Source of the DNA: Blastocystis sp. Blastoise
Lineage: Eukaryota; Protista; Bigyra: Opalinata
Length of the DNA stretch: 64,000 nucleotides
NCBI GenBank assembly: GCA_039096225.1
Contig: JBBPEB010000014.1
Span: forward strand, 806,001-870,000
Direction of reading: 5' to 3'
A program made the translations under genes and the position numbers. Below the pieces are notes generated by a model. The model ran no database searches. It was given only the letters and a program-made list of their open reading frames with translations, and was not told the origin of the DNA. Below, piece by piece: positions 55,948 through 64,000 of the stretch (the first letter of the stretch is position 1; every line of letters starts with the position of its first letter).

Positions 55948-56604
55948 GTTCTTGTTATACTTTTATTATTATACTATTCTTTTCATTTTTTTGATATTTT
56001 ATACAATTCTACCTTTCGTTATTTTATATATATATATTTATTTAGTTGTTTTATTAGTAGCAGAGCTTCACAAGAAGTCTAATTGAAAATTATTTTTATT
56101 TTTTTATTCATATCTTTTTCTATAAGTATCGTATAATGTTGTTTGAGATATAGTTATATTCCTCTATTCACTTTCATTGTTATACTTATTTTTTTCCTAT
56201 TATTGTCTTTCGTAGATTCTTTTATTTCTCAATGTTTCGTTTTATTATGTTTATGAGTATATAACTTTGCATCATGAGTTTAGTTTCTTTTAATGGAATT
56301 CATACACATTCTTCACAAGATTATTCAGACATTAATAATAAATAATGTTACCCAATTGATAATTAACTTTTCTTAGCATGCAATTTAACGTCATATCTGC
56401 AGTATACTTCTATTATATATTGCATTGTAAAAATCAATGCAATGCAAATTCATGGTAACCAACGACAAATAAATAAAAAAATAACTAAAACTAAAAAAAT
56501 AAATTATCTCGTACTTCAACAAGAATCCCCGTGTTTATTTCCACTCATTCAAAAAATCGTTTTTTTTTGATACAAATAAATAGTTTCTTTTGAGACTTGT
56601 TAGG

Positions 56605-57117
56605 ATGATTGATACTTGTGATAACCATAATATCAGAGTCCAGAAGATAGCTGAATGCGAATTATTTCGGAATAAACAGTTGAACAATACTCCTGTTCTA
56701 TTCTCAAATAGATTTCATTCCTACTTCCTGACTATGAATAACTTGAGTATATACAAATCAACTCTATGATAACGATACATATATAATAAAACTTAATTTA
56801 TTTAGTTTGCTATGTCGATATGAATGATTTAAGAAAAGTATGTCCTCTTCTTGATTCCAGTAAAGGACAGTCAGATCAATCTAATGGTGAAGATGATGAA
56901 GAGCAATCTGATATGCTTATTCAAGCACAAGATACCTTAAAGACAACAAAGATTTCTTCTTCATATATAGTTCTGAGTCCCTGTGAAACCTTTATCGCTT
57001 CGTATTCAAATAAATTTATAGATATTTATAAGATCGATGATATTTTAAATAATAAAGTAAGTATTTTTAATATTTTTATTCATTATCTATCTTTGAATTT
57101 ATATTTTTTTTATTTTA

Positions 57118-57169
<52 letters not shown>

Positions 57170-60100
57170 TCAATTCATTTTTCTCAATAAGTATTGATTA
57201 TGTTCCATTATGTATGATATGGAGTTCTTCTCCTAATACTGTCTCTCCTCTATGTGTTTGTGGAGAACATAACATATCTGTATATTCTGATTTCCAATTG
57301 GTTCAAAGTCTTGAAACAACCAATCAAACGAATGCTGCTATAACGGTTGATCCTAAAGGAGATCGATATGCTGTTCTTACAAAAGAAATGGATACTTATA
57401 TATATGATAATCATTTATCTCTTCTTTTTAAGATTCCTATAGATACCGAATTTGAAGAGTTTTTAGAACAACAAGAAGAATCTACTTATGAAGGTTCTTA
57501 TATACATTGGTATATTCAAGGAATATTATGTAATTATAAAGGACAAGAATCTTGCTATACTACTCTATTTACTAATATTGAAGAGGTATTTATAATATAG
57601 CTTATATATTATAGTTATTTATTATTTAATATATATATTATAGTTAATAGTATATTAATATAGTTATTTGTTATTTAATATATATATTATAGTTAATAGT
57701 ATATTAATATAGTTATTTATTAATGAATATATATTATATACTATATAGAATAACGTAGTTGCTTATAATAGTGAAATTTTCTGTTGTGGAAATAATGATA
57801 TTCAATCTAATTATATTTTCTCTTCTATTTTTATTGAACCCCTGTATATATATATATAATTATATTTTTGATTATAATCATAAATATAATTATAATCCTA
57901 AAAAAGTCTATAATATAATATAATATATATAGTCAATTACTAGGATGTGTCAATTCTCTTACAAATGATATTGAATTCTTAGAATATGAAGAGGACACAT
58001 GGAAGGTATACATTATATATACTGTTTATCTATAATAATCATACTATTATTACTATTTCACTTATCTATATATATATATATATAGCAATGTTATTTAGAT
58101 TCTGATAGTCTTATTGATTTCCCTTATCCTGAAGATCAAGATGCTTATTATGCTCATACAATTCTTAGTCATTCTTCTATATTAAAAGATATATTTAATT
58201 CTCAATCTTATTATCAAATTATTATAAGTGTATTTACTTCAAATGGTGCCTTATTTATATATAAATATGAAAATGAAGATGTTCCTTTCTCTCTCGATCA
58301 AACTATACTTCAAACATCTCCTTGTTGGCAACAAAAGAAATCAAATATAACTATTCCTACTCTAGCTAATAATAATAATATTACTAATAATAATATTATG
58401 AACCCTATGGAGAAGAAGAATACTTTTGAGACCAATCAATCTCCTATTCCTACTACTACAACTAATAATAATAATAATAATAATAATGATACTAATAATA
58501 TTCCAACAACAACTACTACTACTTCTACACCTATGTCTGAATCGAATTCAACTATACCATCTAAACCTCATATACCTATATATTCTGAGGATACTTTTAA
58601 AAAACCTCAAGGTATTTCAGATCCAACACTTCCTGCTATTCCTTCAGTTGAAGATTTCCATTTACCTACTTTTCCTTCTTTTGGAAACACTAAATTAAAT
58701 AATACTTTTACTTCATTTGCTTCTTTAAGTAAGAATAATACTGTTTCTGGTTTCTCCGGATCACTATTAAATTCAACTCCAAAATCTACTCCTATTAAAA
58801 CAGATGATATAATTCCACAAGGAAATCTATATGAACTTAGAAATACTAATAATACATTTAATAATATTTCTACTATTAATCCTGATAGCCCTTTTGCTAA
58901 AGGTCTTACAAATCTATCTACATTCTCTACTTCAACTAATTTCTCTTCTTTATCAAATTCTTCATCAAATTCTACTTTAAATGATTCTAAAAATATTGAT
59001 ACTAGTGGCTTTAGAACAGGTGTAGTTAAACAATTAGATTTTAGTCAAAATGCAAAAGGAAATAAAAATGTGTTCAATAATAATAATAAAGATACTAAAG
59101 ATAATAATAAAGATAATTCTATTCCTTCTTCATCTATCAAGAATTCATTTGACACTAATCAATCTAATAAAGATAAAGATAATTCTATTGGCTATATAGA
59201 AGGAGATGAAGTATCATTAGATGATTTACCTTTATCTTTAGATATTCATAATAATAAGGATAATAATAAGGATAATGATATTCATAATAATGATGATACT
59301 TCTCCTTCTCTTTCTCCTATTGATAAACATTCTATACTTATTCAAGAAGATCATTCCATAAATCATACTGCATCTTCTTCTACTACTAATGATAATAGTA
59401 ATATACATAAGGATAATAATAAAGCTTTTGATCAACAACCTATTAATCAATCACAACCAACTAGTTTGAATATATCTTATGATAATTCCAAGAATCCATT
59501 AAATGATATGTCTTCAAATGTATCAACGACAGATACTAAAAGTATAATTCTATATATATATATATATTTCTAATATGTATGATATATAGAAAATGGTATT
59601 GTATTTAATAGTTTGTTTGCCTTTAGAAGTGATAATAGTAAAGAAAGTTCTACTCCTGTTACTCCTGTTACTCCTTCTAGTACTGTTTCACTTCCTGAAG
59701 ATTCTGATGAAGAACAAATTGATAACAAGAAATGTATTTATATTATATTATTACTTTTATTTGTATTCTGGTTATACTGATTATACTTTTTCTATTAAAC
59801 ATTTTTTTTATATAATAATAACAATAATAATATTTTTATGCACTTTATTTAATTATTAACTACATTATATATATAATATGTTTTTTATATAATTCTATAT
59901 AGTTTCCGTTCCTAATATGACTTCTTCTATATCTTCTAATACTAATCCTCTTTCCTATAATCCTCTTACTTCTTCTTCTTCTTCTTCTTCCACTTCTTCT
60001 GCGTCTACTACTACTACTCGCATTCTTCCTGCTATTCCTATTCCATTCCCTACTGAATTACAAATACATATAGATAAGGATACTATTAATATACCTCCTC

Positions 60101-60181
60101 CACCTCCTCCTTCTTCTCTTCTTACTAAATCAACTCAAACAGAAACAAATATTCCTCTTTCTTCTTCTATTCCTATTTCTG

Positions 60182-60216
<35 letters not shown>

Positions 60217-62948
60217 CCTAAATCATCTCCTTATATTCCTAAACTCTCTCCTCCTATAAATTCTTATTTTAATGATCATTCTCATAAAATAGAAGAACAA
60301 TTTCAATCTGTTGCAACTATATTACAAGACCTTGAACATGATTTACAATTAAATCAAGATACTTATTCTAATGATAATAATAATGATAATGAAAACATAC
60401 ATACAATTGTTCCAAAGAATATTATTGAAAGTTATGAAACAAAGAAGAAGAATTTACAAGAAGAACGAGATCAATATATAAAACAAAGTATATATATTTT
60501 ATTTTTTATTTATTTATATTTTATTTTAATATTATTTTTTTTTTATTTATATTTATATTATTTTTTAGTATTATATTTTTAATATATTTTTATATATTTA
60601 TATATTTTATTTATATTATACATTTAATAAATCTAATAATTATCTATACTATATAGTTGAGAATAGTGATGAATTGAAATCAATTATAAATAAGATTAAT
60701 GAATCTATTCAACATTGTAATTATGTTCCTGAACCATCTTATACTAATTATTATTCTTCTGAAAAACATTTCAATGCACTTCAGAAACAAATAAAATTAA
60801 TTCATAAAGAACATGATATACAAGCAACAAGTTATAATTCTATGAAAATACAACTATTAAATGATTATTCACGATTATTAAAGTTAAAACGTATTTTAGA
60901 GAAACAATATCGTAGTTTAGATCATCCTATGAATATAAATGATCCTTCTTTTAATATATATTTAAATGATATTATTAGTAATGAAAGTAATGTTGAACAA
61001 AAAATTAAATATATTAATGAACAAATTACTTATTATCAAAATCTTAGTCAAAACTGCAAAGATAAACAGTATATATTTAGATAATGTATTTTTAAATATA
61101 TTTATATTTATTTATATATCTATATAGAATGCTATTATTAGTTCAACAAATAAGAACCATTATTGATGCAGCTCAGTATATTCTCTTATATATATTAACA
61201 TTATTATTATTATTGTTATTTTATATTCTTTTTATACATAAAACTTTTAGACTATTTTATCATCTATTTAACTTTTAAATAAATATAAATATACTACTAA
61301 TTATTATTGTCTATAGACAAAAATTGAAAGATGTTTTAGAATTAAAAGATCGTATAATTCGTTTAGGAGAAAAGAAACGTAATGAATTAAATCAATTGTC
61401 TAGTTCTTCTTATCAATCACCTCAAATTATGTTTACTAACAATTCAGCCTCTTCATCTTCATCTTCATCTTCATCTTCATCTAATAATAGTGATATTCCT
61501 TCTCTTTCATCTTCATCTAATAATAGTGGAATTCCTTCTCTTTCATCTTCTTCTATACCTAAAAATAATAATAATGAATTTTCCAAAAAGATGAACCAAA
61601 ATAATAATAATAAGTATAATAATAATATCAATTCCTCTACTACTGGTTCCACATCTATTAATATACAACAGAAAGAACAATTCTCTGATATTAGTAAGAA
61701 TAAACCTGTTTTCATGGATTCTATACCTATTAAAGCAAATACAAATGATAATATTATTATTCAAAAAGAAAAGAAAGTTATGTCTTTATTTAGTTTATAT
61801 AAAGAACAAGGATCTATGATTCTTGATTATTCTGGAGAAAATAATCAAGGAAATAAAATTGAAGTAGATATACCGAGATATGATCCTAACTTGAAATCAA
61901 CAAAAGATGATGAACATGATATTAAAGAGAAGACTCATCATAAAGATAAGAAATCAAAGAAAACTGTGGATTCTACTTCATCAAAGGTTAATTCTGAAGA
62001 GAAGAAAGAAGAAAAGAAGAAATCTTCATTCCCTCCTGATCCAGATTTCTCTTCTTCTGCTCCTGTATTTAATACTAAAAAAGAAGAGAAGAAGAAAGAA
62101 GAACCTAAAAAATATCCATCCATGCCTGATCCTATATTTTCTACTCCTCCTCCTGTATCTAATGCTAAGAAAGAAGAACCTAAAAAAGAAGAAAAAAAGA
62201 AATCTTCATTCCCTCCTGATCCTGTATTCTCAGTTCCTGCTCCTGTATTTAATTCTAAGAAAGAAGAACCTAAGAAATCTTCATTCCCACCTGATCCTAT
62301 ATTTTCAGTTCCTGCTCCTGTATTTAATACTAAGAAAGAAGAACCTAAAAAAGAAGAACCTAAGAAAGAACCTAAGAAATCTTCATTCCCACCTGATCCT
62401 ATTTTTTCTACTCCTCCTCCTGTATTTAATACTAAGAAAGAAGAAAAAAAGAAATCTTCATTCCCACCTGATCCTGTATTTTCTACTCCTCCTCCTGTAT
62501 TTAATACTAAGAAAGAAGAACCTAAGAAAGAAGAACCTAAGAAAGAACCTAAGAAATCTTCATTCCCTCCTGATCCAGTATTCTCAGCTCCTCCTCCTGT
62601 ATTTAATAATAAAAAGGAAGAACCTAAAAAAGAAGAACCTAAGAAATCTTCATTCCCAATGTCTTCATCTTCATTATTTGGTTTCCAATCATCATCATCA
62701 AATACTACTTCTACTAATGTACCTACCTCTTCAAATCCTTCTGTTTCTCAATTCTCTTTTACAAATAATAATAATAATAGTGGTGCATTTGCTTTTAGTA
62801 ATAAAAAACCTGTGACATTTGCTTCTTTTGGAAATCAAGAATCAAAGAATTCATCCACAACTGAGATCAGTGAACCTTCTTCTACTCCTTTAGAACAGCC
62901 AAAAGATCAAACAATAATTAATAATAATATTAGCACTTCTAGTACTTC

Positions 62949-62992
<44 letters not shown>

Positions 62993-64000
62993 ATAATAAT
63001 AATAATAATAATAATATAGCTTCTACTCCATTTGCTCAATCTTCATTATTCCAATTCAGTTCTACTGCCAATACAACTAAACCTAATAATATAAGTAATA
63101 ATAATCCTACTCCTGTTAATAATACTAATAATAATAATGGTTTCGGTAATAATAATAATAATACTAATGGTTTTGGTAATAATAATAATAATACTACTAA
63201 TGGTTTTGGTAATAATACTAATGCTTTCGGTAATACTACTACTACTAATGCTTTTGGTAATACTACTACTACTAATGCTTTCGGTAATACTAATACTACA
63301 ACTTCATCCTCTCCATTTACTCCTAAAACTGGATTCTTATCATCAGCTTCTCAATCTGTATCTTTTAGCAGTTTAGCCAATAATAATAATAATAATAATA
63401 ATAATCAAGGTGGATTCTTTAGTAATTCTAATCTTCTTAATTCAAATAATTCTGCTAATAGTGCTATTCAAACACTTTCAACAAGTGGATTTGGAAATAT
63501 CGCCTCAACTGCTATGAAAACAGCTGGCACTGGATTTGGTACTTCTACTGGATTTGGTAATTCAACTGGATTTGGTAATTCAACTGGATTTGGTAATTCT
63601 AATACTGGTTTCGGTACTTCAACTGGTTTTGGTAATTCTAATACTGGTTTTGGTAATTCTAATACTGGTTTTGGTTCTTCTAATACTGGATTTGGTAATT
63701 CAACTGGATTTGGTAATTCAACTGGTTTCGGTACTTCTAATACTGGTTTTGGTAATTCAACTGGTTTCGGTACTTCTAATACTGGTTTTGGTGCTTCACA
63801 ACCTCAGCAAACAGGATCAAATGTTTTGAGACTTAAGAGTCCTCAACAAGTATATAATAATATATATATATTTTTTATAAACTACTATTAATATATATAT
63901 ATATCACTTCTATTATATAAATTATTATTATTATTATATATAGTATCAAGCTTTTACTAATATGATTACAGGTTTCTATCAACAATATAATCCAAGTAAA
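56605..64000 (+). CDS. FG-repeat nucleoporin, Nup214/Nup159-like (3' end outside the window)
   Basis: N-terminal beta-propeller-like region, central coiled coil, SSFPPDPVFS repeats, and C-terminal TGFG/AFG repeats. The last visible exon reads YQALLTNMITGFYQQYNPSK. Confidence 0.75.

Noticed and set aside
61907-62815. 302-aa overlapping alternative-frame ORF in the nucleoporin
   Set aside because: It is a shadow frame of a tandem repeat that happens to lack stops; there is no independent evidence for it.

Overview
Very AT-rich (roughly 20% GC by eye), intron-rich eukaryotic nuclear DNA in the standard genetic code. The He_PIG-type surface protein and TGTTTGTT 3' motifs suggest an opalinatan stramenopile (Blastocystis-like); this is inference only. 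I reconstructed about 16 spliced protein genes by eye: TOP2 (5'-truncated), MVD, a WD40-like protein, a CID-domain protein, TELO2, a poxvirus VP39-type cap 2'-O-methyltransferase, a large Ig/He_PIG membrane protein, PUS3, a bacterial TrmN6-like methyltransferase, MTO1/GidA, an FN3-like type II membrane protein, a UEV-kinase fusion, a DDT/WHIM protein, a GyrI/TEX264-like protein and a Nup214-like FG nucleoporin (3'-truncated). There is also one tRNA-Pro(AGG) and one 193-bp hAT-type MITE. The main leads are: (1) a viral-type cap methyltransferase carrying tandem EDGEI motifs that resemble ARS2-recruiting motifs; (2) a tRNA plus three adjacent anticodon-loop modification genes; (3) introns bounded by, or made entirely of, (AT)n, one of them lacking a GT donor; (4) a GC-rich TTCCCGCGGGAA motif repeatedly written into exons with rare codons; (5) a UEV-kinase fusion; (6) an intact MITE and an intergenic hairpin. 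CDS coordinates are gene spans including introns.
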